Assembly (NCBI RefSeq): GCF_040938485.1
Contig: NW_027271845.1
Location: 310,001 to 374,000, forward strand
Source of the DNA: Diadema antillarum
Taxonomy: Eukaryota
Reading direction: 5' to 3'
DNA: 64,000 bases
Shown: piece by piece, positions 1-13,442 of the stretch
Position numbering within the stretch: the stretch's first letter is position 1
Layout: each line of letters opens with the position of its first letter
The notes under the pieces: model-generated
The model's input: only the letters and a program-made list of their open reading frames with translations
Database searches by the model: none
Told to the model about the DNA's origin: nothing
Made by a program: the position numbers and the translations under genes

Positions 1-744
1 GATGTGATGTAATGAACTTACATAATGTGCTGGTATCAATCATGATTAGAAGGCAGCCATGTGTGGAATACAGCACTGACCTCAGCTTCCCTGATGACTT
101 GTATGTCAGATTTTTTCCCCCTAAAATTGATTGTTTGCCACTGTGCCATTGGATTGGTTGTTGCCATGTTATGAAAAGAAAAACTGCCATTCAACTGATG
201 GTGTAAGCAAACCAGTATCTTGCATGTATCTATGGAAGAATGACAAGAAGTGAAGACAAATTTGTATAATTTTAGATATTATATGTGAGCATGCTGTTCT
301 GTCATGTACATCCATAAGTAGTCATGTGCATTTGAGTGCTCAAATGCTCCCAAAGTGTACCGTACTGTATCATACAGAGCCAAAAAGTGGAACACTTCCC
401 ATTTGTGCTCCAAAAGCGTAATGCAATGTCCTGTACCATGCCAGAGAGCGTTTGAATGCAAAGTGTACAAAAGTGTACTGAATCAGAATTTGGCACGAGA
501 AGAATGCGCATAACATGCACAACGTCATAATGCAATGAGTTGGTTATCTTTGTTTGGGACACCTGTATGTATCGTAAGTGTGCAAGGTGCATGACCCTGT
601 TGCTAGAAAACTTGTGACCCCTCTGAGTCAAGTCCAGAAAAAACTCATGAGATACGTTTTTTCCACAGTGTGCTTGAATGCTCCTTATCCAATCTGGCAA
701 GGTATGGTATGGTATGCTTCGGTTTGATATGGTTTGATTCAATT

Positions 745-1211
745 TTAAAGGAGACCTCCGGATGATTTTCAGATTTTTTCATTTGAACAATTATAAATTA
801 GTTATACTAAGGATAGAGTTTCAGAATTTGTGATAATTGCGATGAAGAATAAGAGTATTGTCAAAATTTAGAACAAATTGCAATAAACAAGGATGATGAC
901 ATGGCAGAGTCACCATAAGAATGCATGAGTTGGGGCTCAAGGAAGCAGAACAAAAGAAGAAGGCATGCATAGATTATACACATGTGAACTCTCAAGCAAG
1001 CGGTATTGTAATGGAATTACACTGCTACATTTCTGAAATATGTGAACCTCCTATGTCATCATCCTTGTTCAGTGTAATTTGTTGAGGTTTTTTCAAAGTA
1101 TTGTTTCTCTGCTCAAGAACCACAATAAATTCCACAAATCTATACATGGAGTTGTCAATTTATGTACAACATGATGTGAAATTATGAAAATCGTCTGGAA
1201 TGTCCCTTTAA
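745..1211. mobile_element. TTAA-flanked non-autonomous DNA transposon (Kolobok-like MITE)
   Basis: Imperfect terminal inverted repeats ttaaaggagacctccggatgattttca / tgaaaatcgtctggaatgtccctttaa, TTAA at both ends. Confidence 0.7.
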
Positions 1212-1317
1212 GCTTGAACATGGCCTACAATATCAACTACTTCCTTCAGATCAAGTCTTGCTTATCATTTCCATGTGAGCTGCTTTACAACCAGAAATTT
1301 CTGTTTAATGTTTGCAG

Positions 1318-4300
1318 CCTGAGAGGATAGACCCTTTCCAGTCAAGACCAGGCTATGACATCAGGTCCGATGTCTGGAGCCTTGGAATCACCATGGTAAG
1401 CATACCAACAGGCTCCATCAGACTTGCTTCATCAGTACACTGTTATACCTAAAACTGCTTTTTATACCCCCACCCACACATAGTGTGTAGGGGGGGTATA
1501 TAGGAATCATCCTGAGGTCGGGTGGCCGGTCGGTCGGTCGGTCGGTCGGTCGGTCGGTCGGTCGGGCGGGCGGTCGGGCGGTCGGGCGGTCGGTCCGTTG
1601 CAAAATCTTGTGGGTCGAACTCCTCTCTCATTTTTTGAGCAATTGACCCCAAATTTGGCATGTGTGACCGCTATCAAAGGTAGATGTGCAAGACACCTTT
1701 TTCGTTAGTATCGCATAATGCGTTGCCATGGAAACGGCATATTTTCGTAAAAACTTGTGGATCGAACTACTCTCTCATTTTTTGAGCAATTATCCCCAAA
1801 TTTAGCATGTGTGACTGCTATCAAAGGGAGATGTGCAAGACACCTTTTTCGTTAGTATTGCATAATGAGTTGCCATGGCAACGGCAAATTTTTTAAAAAT
1901 CTAGCAAAATGTTGTGGATCGAACTCCTCTCTCATTTTTTGAGCAATTGACCCCAAATTTGGCATGTGTGACTGCTATCAAAGGTAGATGTGCAAGACAC
2001 CTTTTTCATTAGTATCGCACAATGCGTTGCCATGGCAACGGCATATTTTCATAAAAACTTGTGGATCGAACAACTTTCTCAATTTTTGAGCAATCAACTT
2101 CAAATTTGGCATGTGTGACCGTTATTACAGGCAGATGTGCAAGAGACCTTTTTCGTGAGTATTTCATAATGCGTTGCCATGGCAACGGAAGATTTTCATA
2201 TAAATCTTACAAAATGTTGTGGATTGCTCTAATCTCTTAGGTTTGTAGCAATTCAGTTTGAATTTGGGATATACGATCAATGTAATGTATATTTGTGCAA
2301 AACACATATGTGTGTGGTGATGAATCTGTTGCCATGGCAACAATTTTTTTTACCAATCATACAAAAATGTGTGGATTAGCCTAACTCCTTCAGTTTTCAA
2401 GCATTTGGCTTAAAAATTGGCACATGTGACCACTATTGTATGTAGATGTGCATACTTACTCTTTCGTCATTTTTTATCTATGTGTTGCCATGGTAACAGC
2501 ATAGTTTGAATGAAAGTCATACGAAAATATTGTGGATTCAGTTAACTCCCTCAGTCTTAGAGCATTTGACTTGAAATTTGGCACACATGACCACTGTAGT
2601 ATAAAGATGTGCAAACTTAATCTTTCGTCAGTGATGAACAATGCGTTGCCATGGTAACAGCTTTTTTTAAACCAAAAAACATACAAAAATATTGTGGATT
2701 CAGCTAACTTTCTTTAGTCTTTAAGCGTTTAGCTAGAATTTGGCACACATTACCACTGCGGTACGTAGATGTGCAAAGGTAATCTTTCGTCAGTGGTGAT
2801 CAATGCGTTGCCATGGTAACGGCATATTTTGAATGAAAATCATAAAAAAAATATTGTGGATTCAGTTAAATCCCTCACTCTTTGAGCATTTAGCTTGAAA
2901 TTTGGCACATGCAACCACTATAGTGTATAGATGTGCAAACTTAATCTTTTGTCAGTGGTGAACAATGGGTTGCCATGGTAACAGCAGCTTTTCACTAAAA
3001 TGCATACAAAAATATTGTGAATTCAGGTAACTACCTCAGTCTTTGAGCATTAAGCTTGAAATTTGGCATATGTGACCACTAGAGTACGTAGATGAGCATA
3101 CATTGTCTTTGGTCATTGTTGATCAATGTGTTGCCATGGTAACAGTATATTTTGAATGAAAATCATGCAAAAATATTTTGGATTCAGTTAACTCCCTCAG
3201 TCTTTAAGCATTTGGCTTAAAATTTGGCACAGGTGACCACTATAGCATATAGATGTTCAAACTTAATCTGTCATTATTGTTGAACAATGCGTTGCCATGG
3301 TAACAACATTTTTTACCAAAAAGCATGTGGATTCCGCCAACTCCCTCAGTCTTTGAGCATTTAGCCTGAAATTTGGCACACCTGACCACTATGTTAGGTA
3401 GATGTGCAAACTTAACCTTTCGTCATTGTTGATCATTGTGTTGCCATGGTAACAGCATAGTTTGAATGAAAATCAATATAAAATATTTTGGATTCAGGTA
3501 ACTCCCTCAGTCTTTGAGCATTTGGCTTGAAATTTGGCACATGCAACCATTGTAGTACAGAGATATGCAAACTTTGTATTCCATCATTGTTGAACAATGT
3601 GTTGCCATGGTAACAGTGCATTTTGAATGAAAATCATACAAACATTTCGATTAGATCCTAACTCTCTATGTTTAGAGCATTTTGGCTTCATATTTGGCAC
3701 ATGTTACCTGTACATTACCTAGATGTGCAAAAACTCTTTTGTCAGTGTTGAAAATGTGTTGCCACGGTAACAGTATATTTTGAATGAAAACGATACACTA
3801 ATATTGTGAATTCAACTAAGCCCCTCATCCTGTTAGCATTTGGCTTGAAATTTGGCACATGTGATGGCTATGATATATAGTTGTGCAAAACTTCATTTTT
3901 TTCTTAATATCCAACATTGTGTTGCGCCATGGTTATACAATTTTTAATAAAAACCATAGAAATCTTCAGTTTATTTATCTTGCTCACTCAGTTTTTGAGC
4001 ACTTGACTTGAGATGTGGGACATTTGACTAACAGTGAGCAATACATTTATTTACTGTTGGACAGTGCATTGCATTAGTTTTTTTTTTCATTAAAAAGTAA
4101 AAAAAAAATCATGGTTGAGCTAATTTCCTCAGTTGTGGGTGGGGGTATATTAATCACAATGAGTGATAGTTCTAGTCTAATGTAGGTACATATTCATTTA
4201 AATGACTGATATGTACAAAACAAGAAACAATGATCAGTGTGACAGAAGTGTCATGATAGCCTGATTTCGTACTAAATACGACACGTCAAGTACTACTCCA

Positions 4301-7300
4301 GTGATCTGTTTTGCACTTTAAATTCAGTCAATGATACCTCCATGGATATTCTGTGGATGTGCATAATGCAGACATGACTGGAACCAGGAACAGTGTGCGT
4401 AAAATAAGTGGCTGTAATAGTATGCTATAGAATTAGAATGTGATGGTATGAGTATCATTGGAATATTTCATCTTTGGTTTTCAGGCAGACCTAAATTTGT
4501 ATAATACTTGTGATTTGTGGCATTTGACATAGGGAACTTTCATATTATGGCACTGCCCAAGTTCATGTGCTATTAGGTCAATGGTCATCAAAGGACACAT
4601 GATAAAGTTTGCCTACAAGATTCTCCTGTTTTTCTTTTGTCCATAATTTTCTAATGCAATCATCAATCACCAATGAAAGGGAAATTTACCCCTTAAGGAT
4701 ACATTACATGAATCCAGAGACTGACACAAAATAGAACACATCAGTGACGCTTGAGTATCATCAGATTATCTACTCCAAAGGTTTGGATTTTTTAAGTTTT
4801 TGATAATTCCATGTGCCATCATTGAATTAAGCCAAATTGTTGTTAATTTTAACATATATCCCAAATGTAGGGTATAAGTGATACAGTTACATGCTTGTGA
4901 ATTTTGTGTAAATGGATAATGGTTACTTAGTCATGTTTAGGTCTTTGCAATTTTTGGCATGCAGAAGTTTGAATTAGGCCAAGTTATCATTAATTTAAGC
5001 ATGTACTAATATCTAGGGTATCGGCAAAACAGTTAAAGGGACTGTACAGTACTGGTTGAGGTAATGAGAAACCTCTTATGAAATATGAAAGAGCATGTAA
5101 TTTTAAGAAGGATTCAACATTGATTTGATGAAAATTGGTTTTGCAATGGCTGAGATATCCAAAAAAAGTGATAATAATAAAAGGCGACATGCCACAACTT
5201 TATTAGCATCTCTTTGTTTCACCTTGTTTTTAGATATCTCAGCCATTTCAAAACCGATTTTCATCAAATAAACAATTGATACCTTTTAGAATTGCATGCT
5301 CTTTGACATCTCATAGGGTGGTTTCTGAATATCTCGCAAAATGTTGAAAGCTAAATCCTCACCTCGACCAGAACTGTACACACCCTTTAATCTTGAAGAT
5401 ATACAAGAAAAACATAATAGTTTCATTTTTGCCTCCTACATTGTTCTCTCCTAGTACTTACATTAGGATGTATCAGAAACATACTTTGTACCTGTCGTTA
5501 TGTCTCTTCATTTCTCCCCCAGTATGAAGTGGCCACAGGGGAGTTTCCGTACCCAAAGTGGAACAGTGTCTTTGAGCAGCTCTCTCAGGTGGTGAAGGGT
5601 GACCCACCCCGGCTCAAGAGCAATGGCAGACTTACATTCTCAGAAGATTTTGTCCACTTTGTGAACAAGTGGTAAGAGACGGCCAAGTCCATCTTGATCC
5701 TCTAGTATAACATCAAGAAAGCAAGAAGAAAAACCCAAAACATGATATTTCTTGCATTCACATGAATTAACAAATTGTAGCTTTGGAGAATAAGTAGGTG
5801 TATGATGGCCTTCGTGCATTGTAAAGGTTGTGTGTATCCCTTTTGCTAATGTTATAAAATTTTGCATGAAGAATACCGGTAGCGTCTTCCAACAGGATGT
5901 GTGAAATCTTACACTGATACACATCAGAGTTTAAAAGAAAAAGAAAAACTAACCACATGACACTCAGGAATATGCTCTCCTTTTCTACTGAGAATAACTA
6001 ATATTTGTTTGTTTGTTTGTTTGGGGGGGGGGGGGGGGTTTCAATAAGATTCACTGGAAGTCTCTAGTATATCTGGTGGGGGGGGGGCTCCCAGGCCCCC
6101 CCTCCAGATCTCGGCCGTCGATGGCGCGATTGCGACGAAATTTGGCACACACATTGCCTATGATGTAGTCTAAAGTACCATGAAGTTGATTTTTTTCTAG
6201 ATTATCATTTTTGCTAAATTACGCTAATTTATGCTTAATGATGCATGAAATCAGACAATTTGGTATAAATCACTAAATAAAGCTCAAAACAGGCACATTT
6301 TTTGTGTAAATATTCTCTTTAGTGCCCTTAGCAAATGTAGGAGAAAAAAATTTGAAAAAAATTCTTAAGTATTTTATTGTTTTTTGAATTTCTTATGTAT
6401 TTCTTTGTTTTTTTTACTTTATGTTTTTCATTGTTTTTTCGATGAAATTTGTCCGCAACATTGTTCCGAACAAGAAAATATGTTATGAATTGATTTTAAT
6501 CAATAAAACCCCCAAATAATCATGCTTTTATGAAAGCTCCCTGTAAACACAGTTTGCATTGAAATTGTACACAAATTCACGTTTTTGAGCAATTTTTGGT
6601 GTGACATGCATGTACATATTTATGCGCAACTTCGGAACCGCGGGCCCGGGCATCGCAAATTTGGTGTCAAAAGATGCGGGAGACTCGAAAGAAAAAAGTC
6701 ATGAAACGTTGCGGCGATAGCTTTTCACGATAGCGATACATCGCGCGAAACGTTGGCCTAGTTAGGGTTAAGTTTTGTTTGGCCTGCATAGTGGAGGCAA
6801 GACATAGGCATCATTTTTCCGTCTGCGTTGGTGTTGTCAACAATTTGGTGTAATCTCTCTGACTTTCCGCTGCTTTGAACTAGACCACCAAAATCACACC
6901 ACAGGTACATAACCTAAAGATGCCGTTCAAGTTCGAATATTGGTGAAGGCTCACAAGGTCAAAGGTCAAACTGTTAATGAACTTTCCCTGATAAGCACTG
7001 TACTCACGCTATTGTGGTGTACTCTCAATAAATTTCCACAGATTTGAGCTATGACCACCAAATTCACAACACAGATATATAACCTAAAGATGCCAGTCAA
7101 ATTTGAATGAAGGTGAATTCTGACAAGGTCAAATGTCAAACTACCCGTGGTTTAAGCGCCATATATTGTGTGTGCTCAGTAACTTTCCACAACTTTGAGC
7201 TGTGACCACAAAACTCACACCACACATACATTAGCTAAAGATGACAGTCATGTTCGAATATTGATGAAGTCAGACAAGGTTAAAGGTCAATGAAAAAAAC

Positions 7301-8039
7301 TGTAATCATGGGATACATGACTCGGTGTTTGCCTGGTTTTGTCTGAACAGTTCACCCTGCAAGGATTCACGTTGAATCTGGTTATGACAAAACAATTCTT
7401 GCTGATGCATGACACATGTTTTGTGTGTCTGTGTGCTTGTGTGTGTATGCATGGTGTGTGATACAATATTATGCCAATCGCAAGCTTTCATCCTGTCTTT
7501 GTTTTTTTTTTTTCCAGTCTGACCAAGGATGAGAAATACAGACCAAAGTACCGAAATCTAATGGTGAGTTTACATTTTTACATTCTTTTGATTGTAAACT
7601 TTTTGTGAAAAAAGTTAAAATACTTTCAAGTTTGTATTGTAGTGCCTCTGTTTCCTTTTCATTGCATAAGCCATTATCTCTTCACAGAAGTTAACACTTA
7701 AGTTGACATTTTAGATTTTGAGTAATAGTTCTGTTTTACCAGTACACATCCATATGTGATGTTATGGCATAAAATATTGGCATGACTAACTGATCAAGGT
7801 TAGAGTGCTTTTTTTTTCCTTTTTAACAATATCATTTGTGACCTAAGCTGTTGTTTACATTTATTGATTGATAGGATCCCGACCATTACTTCTGCGATGC
7901 AGACTAAATATCTTATTCCATTCTATTTTGCTTTCATTCTCTGCAGGAATACCAATTCATCAAGGATTATGAAAATGCAAACATCGACGTTGCAACATAT
8001 GTTGGTGAAGTTATGCTGGAAATGAATGGACACAGTTGA
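1318..8039 (+). CDS. MAP2K4: Dual-specificity MAP kinase kinase 4 (MKK4), last four coding exons; 5' part lies upstream of the window
   Basis: Exons 1318-1395, 5523-5671, 7518-7563, 7947-8039, all with AG/GT boundaries and consistent phases. Joined translation: PERIDPFQSRPGYDIRSDVWSLGITM/YEVATGEFPYPKWNSVFEQLSQVVKGDPPRLKSNGRLTFSEDFVHFVNKC/LTKDEKYRPKYRNLM/EYQFIKDYENANIDVATYVGEVMLEMNGHS*. FPYPKWNSVF.QL.QVVKGDPP is characteristic of MKK4. Confidence 0.96.
1461..4176 (+). mobile_element. Helentron-associated non-autonomous element (HINE/DINE-1-like) with internal ~150-160 bp tandem array, in a MAP2K4 intron
   Basis: 15-bp sub-terminal inverted repeat TATACCCCCACCCAC (1463-1477) / GTGGGTGGGGGTATA (4135-4149); 5' partial inverted copy GGGGGGTATA; (CGGT)n microsatellite at ~1525-1595; ~16 tandem units; 3' hairpin ATCAC-aatga-GTGAT then CTAGT. 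This is the known DINE-1/HINE architecture. Confidence 0.85.
5033..5390. mobile_element. TTAA-flanked MITE (Kolobok-like), family copy 1
   Basis: Termini TTAAAGGG...CCCTTTAA; internal sequence (gagaaacctcttatgaaatatgaaagagcatg; ggttttgcaatggctgagatatcc) shared with copies at 13055, 33309 and 52184. Confidence 0.8.
6070..6771 (-). mobile_element. piggyBac-type MITE, copy with one degraded end
   Basis: Ends TAGGGTTAA; ccctccagatctcggcc...gcgcgat...cgaaattt matches the reverse complement of the 62.4-63.2 kb element. Confidence 0.7.
6772..7500 (+). repeat. HINE-like fragment with three ~160-bp tandem units
   Basis: 5' hairpin-like ggcctgcatagtggaggca, then units beginning tttcc..ttga.ct..gaccac.aaa.tcac at ~6864, 7032 and 7184, each with an aaggtcaaaggtcaa-like motif. 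Confidence 0.55.
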
Positions 8040-9846
8040 GAAAGATTCTCTGATCTGCCGTTAATCAGACTCTCATTCTCTTGTCTCACTGGAACCAAAA
8101 ACCAAATGAGAACCAGAGAATTTGTGATGATATCAAAGAAGAGTGAAAGTCAACAGGTCTGGAATGGATCTGGCCTTCGAACAGTAGAATTCCCCGCCTG
8201 TGATTTTGTTACATCCATTTTCTTTCTTCATTTCTTCATATTTTCTTGCAATACAGTAATACTGGCCTTTGAATGGCTGATTCTTCACTTACAGATAATG
8301 TACCTGATAATGCTGTTGTGTTTTTTGTTTAATGAGGGTTGAGTGTGAAGTCTGACAGAGATTTGCCTCCGCTATGTACAGAATGCTTACCAGCGGGGGT
8401 GGATGCACAGTAATTCTCCTATGCGCAAAGCTCACATGTGTCGTTGGAGAATCCATATGAAATATTTTGATCTGTAAAAATCCTTCTTAATGGAGTCAAT
8501 CATGTCTGGACAAGATTTTTATCTGCAAAACAACTTATTTGTGCACATTCTCAAAAATTAAGATTCTTAGCTTCTGATATTCAGAAAGAGCAAAGATTTA
8601 CGACAGACATGTGGTCTTTTCTTTTCTTATCCTGTCAGTCAGTTTTAGAGATTGTAGATGCACTGATTATCTGTCCTGTTCAGTTGGTTTGATCTACCCT
8701 CTGTATGTGACAGTTTAATAATGAGCTTTACTACACAAACTGTGTATATACCGAGCTGAGTTGATGTAATGCTGCACATGATGGAACAGGACTTTGGCAC
8801 AGTCTGCTGTTTGCCAACTTGGAGAGATAAATGTCTAGGGTGCCTCTCCACTTTATGCACCCCCCCCCCCCCCCCATACCAGACATACATACATGTATGT
8901 GTGGGTAATTTATGACATTTTTGTAACACATCTTGTGTGATACAGTTAGTATTAGTCAGCCATCATGTATGATATTTGTGGTCTTCGTACTTGATAAATT
9001 GCATGTGAACACCGAAACACCTATTAACAAAGCTACTGTTTGTCTGAGCTGATGTTTAGTAAAAAATTGTTTTGTTGCAGATTTGTTGGCAAACTTTGAC
9101 TACAATCTATTTCACTGAAAGAATGATTTTTCAGAGAGATCTTCCATTTAGTGTACACAATGAAGTCAAGTATTTTTGATCATTTTGCTGCAAACATGTG
9201 TAGTCAAAGTAGGAGGGCCAACCAAAGCTCTACAGTTCGCGACTGAGGGCATTGAAATCATAATGCACCAAGGATTTAAAAAGGTTTGAAGTGGTGTTAT
9301 TCTCCTTTTCACTTTTGAAATTGTCAGTACAAAGTTTAGGTATAAGTATGCAAATATTGATGTATGTATGTATGCACTTACATATAAATGTATAATTTAA
9401 GCATACATGCGCATACTTACATAAACATTAATTGCAGATAGGTGTGGAATTCTGTGGTATCAATAATGTAAAGTATCCCCTGTGATTTCATGTGATACTG
9501 ATGCCATTACATTGACTTGCCAAATAATGCTGTAAGTGAACTCAAAGCCTGGAACCCTGACTTGATAGTAACCAGATTTTGAATTGCTGAAAGTGTGAAG
9601 GGAGGGATAGGGTTAAATGTAACCTGTGTGTGAATTTTGACAATTTGGATTTGTTTTCTGTTGCAGTGAATATGGTCCCTCTTCCGCTGTTCCAAAAATA
9701 TTGAGGGAATCTTTTAAGACAGCAAGTACTCTTTATGTCATTAACCACAAGGTGTTAGTATTAGTGTTCTTATTGTAATTTGTGCCACTGGTGTAACAGC
9801 ACTGTTTGATGTTGTCACTTTGCCCCTCTCTGCAGGCTTTTATATA

Positions 9847-9933
9847 CAGTCAAACCTGTCTATAGTGGCCACCCAAGGGAAATGAAAAAAGTAGCTGTTA
9901 TAGACAGGGGGCCGCTATAGACAGGTTTGACTA
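9847..9933. mobile_element. Short Tc1/pogo (Tigger-like) MITE
   Basis: TIR CAGTCAAACCTGTCTATAG / CTATAGACAGGTTTGACT(A), with TA flanks. Confidence 0.75.
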
Positions 9934-11292
9934 TATTATCATTTTATACCTTAACAGCCTTGCAGATGGCTATGCAGCTCAAGCACCTGCCTCTTGAAAT
10001 CCTGTACCTTTTATTCATTCTTACATTAGGGTATGAGTTGACCATTGATGATGTCTCTTTTGAAGCCTGTGATGCTGCCAACTCTTGGTTTATAAACGAT
10101 ATCAACAAACATGCAGGCAAAATGTTACAAAAACAGTACTATGTTTCCACAGCCACATCATCCTACAGGATATGGCAAGTGAAGAATTCTCAGATAATAC
10201 CATAGAATTTTCACCCTGCAACTTTGTGATATAATGTGAAGTTTGAAATCAAGTGATGGAGGATTACCCCTGCATTTAGTGAATAAGTAATTGGACATGT
10301 TGTAATTCTTTACTCCCAAATTGTGGAACTTGCATGTATTATTTGTTTCCGCATATCTTTTCTTAAAATCGGTTTAAGTAAACTGTGTTTTTTTTTTTTA
10401 TGCCTCTGCCACAAAGTGTCGCTGGAGGCATTATCTTTTTTTATTATTTTTTTACATTGAGTTCACAAAAATCTTACTTTCACTCAAGTTGGAATAATTC
10501 ATAAATATTTTCATTCAAGGAGTGTTAAATGCTTTGACATTGGATCATATATTTTGCTAGTGAAGGTTGCCTAGTAGATTCCAAAAGAAATCATGTTTAC
10601 CTGACTGACAAATGTTTGTTTGTACACAACAATCCCCACCACAGAAGCTGTGTGTAGCCTGTTGTGTTAAATGAAGAAGAAAAAAGGGCTTATGTTTATC
10701 AGTATAGGCTGATCATTTGCAAAATAATGGATGTGTCTTTTTGCAAATCAATGCCCCTTTTAATTTGTTGAAATTCCTGTATGAAAGGGTTTTGCCTTCT
10801 TGTGCTTTTGCAATCATGGAGGCATATGCTTAGCCCTCACTTTATTAGGAGCATTTTGACCAAAAAGAACGAATGGAAGTTTCTAGTGCTGTGTAGCAAG
10901 GGTAAGAGAGTATGCTTGATTGTGGTAATCACACCTTCTCTCTGTTACGTTTGAGCATCTGACCTTTGCCTCTTAACATCAAGCATTTACTATTGAGCAA
11001 GTATTTATTAAATTTTTTTTCAGTTCATATGAACACAGAACAAAAGTACATACAATGCACATGTGTTAGAGTATGTGTCCACCTGGCACTGGAAAAAGAA
11101 TGAGTGGCTGCAATCCTGTCTAGAAGCATCATTGGATATAAGGCAAGTGACCCATTCATATGAAAGGCATTTCCCTGCAGGTAGGCTGTAAGTATATTGT
11201 AATTGAAATGTAGGGATGAAGGAAATGGCATAGTTTTCCTCCATGTCCTATGTTAAGACATGACAAGACCCATAGATAGGGCGAATGACACC

Positions 11293-11522
11293 TACTGTAT
11301 AAGCTGTTATTTTCGCGAGTGAATAATTTTCGCAAATTTTGCAAAGCACAGTTGGATCGCGAATTAAACAACACGCGAAAATGTCTCCATGCGCTTTGTT
11401 AATAGTGCATTAAGGTAAGCGTCGGGGTCAAATCGCGAAAACAACATCTCATGAAATGTCTATGACCTTGTCATTCGCGAAAATATTTGTACGCGAAAAT
11501 AACAGTGTACCTGTATACAGTA
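11293..11522. mobile_element. MITE with TACTGTATA...TATACAGTA termini
   Basis: Inverted ends tactgtataagctgttattttcgcg / cgcgaaaataacag...tatacagta and repeated TTTTCGCG/CGCGAAAA motifs; CpG-rich island inside CpG-poor DNA. Confidence 0.7.
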
Positions 11523-13054
11523 TTCAGTTTTCTACCTTTTGATTTGCAAGAATTGTCTCATGACATTTGAATAAGACTCAAGACCTATGGTTGGTTTTCC
11601 TGAGAAAAGGGGGAAATGGATAATGTGTGAGTAAATAAAAGTTGAAGATTTGTTAATTGTTATCCAGGGTCCATGTTGAATCCTCTTAAGATCAACTGTC
11701 ACATGTGGCATAATGTAAGCTGTGGTCCATGGCAATAGGTACTTCATGTGGTTTGATGAGCCTGAAAAAGTGCTGTTCCTTGTTTAGGGTATATTGATAT
11801 GCAGCCTTGTGGTGTTTGATTTGGCTGGACCAGTTCCTAGGTGTAGTGTGTGCCTATTATTTGAAATCACTAGTCAAGTGGCATGAAATATCTATGACTT
11901 TGGTGGAGGTGGGAGGATGGAAGGAGGGGGTTGCTACTTGGTAGAAGGGCATTAATTGTGATGGGTGGTTGATCATGGAAGTGAATATGATGTTTGATGT
12001 TCTATATTCGTAATCTTTCAGACTAGGAATAAGATATACTGTAAGTTTCATAGTATTGCTATTACCATTTGAATGCTCTGTTGCAAGGGCATAGTCAAGA
12101 ACATAGTGAGCATAACAGGAGGTTTTGAATATGGGTGGTATAATAACATCTTATGATCACTGTCTTTATGTTTTTAGACTCTTTTGTGCACACATGCAAT
12201 GAATGAATGATATCATGCCAGTTTACAATTCATTTCATATGTCGTATATGTAAATGTGTATATCATGAGATGGGGTGGTATAATATTTCATTATCTGTCC
12301 TATTCTTCTCAAACTATTCCTGGCTATGCCCTTGCTTTATGTACAGTCATCTCAAAGACAGAATATTGAAATACTAGAAAGAAGAGAACTCTATCTTTAT
12401 AAATCTCACACATCGAAACAGTATTCTTTAGGGGTTTCTCATTCCCTATTCACAAAAGTGGTTTAAAGTCAGTTTAGGGTCAGTGCACATGTGTTGTGAG
12501 TGTGCATTGTAATTTGAATATTGAAGAGGATGTAATTATTGACTGACTTTGAAATTTAGTAGTTTACTTAGGAAGAGGACAGAGTAGAGGTGTCAGTTTA
12601 AGTGTGTCTGTTGTTTGTGCAAGTGAAGATGGCTAGATTTGACCTGAATAGTACAAAAGCTTGGAGTTTAAACCACTCTTGAGAATATGAGACTAAATGT
12701 GAAATATATTTGGATCATGTATAGTGTTTGAATTGAATTGAAACAAAAAATAAGTGAGCTGATATGTCTCATTTCTTTGTGTCTGAAAAACAAGAAGATA
12801 ATAGAGAGATGTATGTATTTATATTTGAAATATGTTTAAAGATTGTATTTGTCTCGTCCAATGAATTTAAAAAGCATCTTTGATCAAAGATTTAAAAGAC
12901 AAAAAAATACAGTGAACTTTGTTGTATATGTTTATTATTACATGAAAAGTTATGCGTGTATTAAATCTTTCTGTTATTGAACAAAAGGGAGTAACTTGAC
13001 TCTTTGTCATCCTGTGCTATTCACCATTTTGATTCTATAAAAAGGTAGGAAAAT

Positions 13055-13442
13055 TTAAAGGGATCACATAGTTCTGGTTAAGACCTAATTTCATGTTTCT
13101 ACCATTTTTTGGTGAATTAACGAGAAACCTATAATGAAATAACATGTAATTCGGAGAGGAATTCACCGTTTATTTGATGAAAATTGGTTTGGAAATGGCT
13201 GACATATCTAAAAGGGAGCATTCCTAATAAAAGGTGGGACCCACCTTTTAGTACGATCGCTTTGTATACTTTGTTTTTGGATGTCTCAGCCATTCCACAA
13301 CCATTTTTCATCAAATAAACTTTGAATTCCTCTTAGAATTGTATACTCTGTATTATTTCATAAGTGGTTTCATGGTATCTTGCAAAAAAAAAAAGTTAAA
13401 AGCTCAATCCTCATCTCCACCAATACTCTACTATCCCTTTAA
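13055..13442. mobile_element. TTAA-flanked MITE (Kolobok-like), family copy 2
   Basis: TTAAAGGGAT...ATCCCTTTAA; internal homology to the 5033 and 33309 copies. Confidence 0.8.

Noticed and set aside
1418-1661. ORFs with TDRP/PTDR repeats
   Set aside because: Translation of the (CGGT)n microsatellite in the HINE.
1600-4130. Regularly spaced repeats resembling a CRISPR array (also 31.3-35.3 kb)
   Set aside because: Whole 150-160 bp units repeat with no unique spacers, no cas genes, and the context is eukaryotic introns and transposons.
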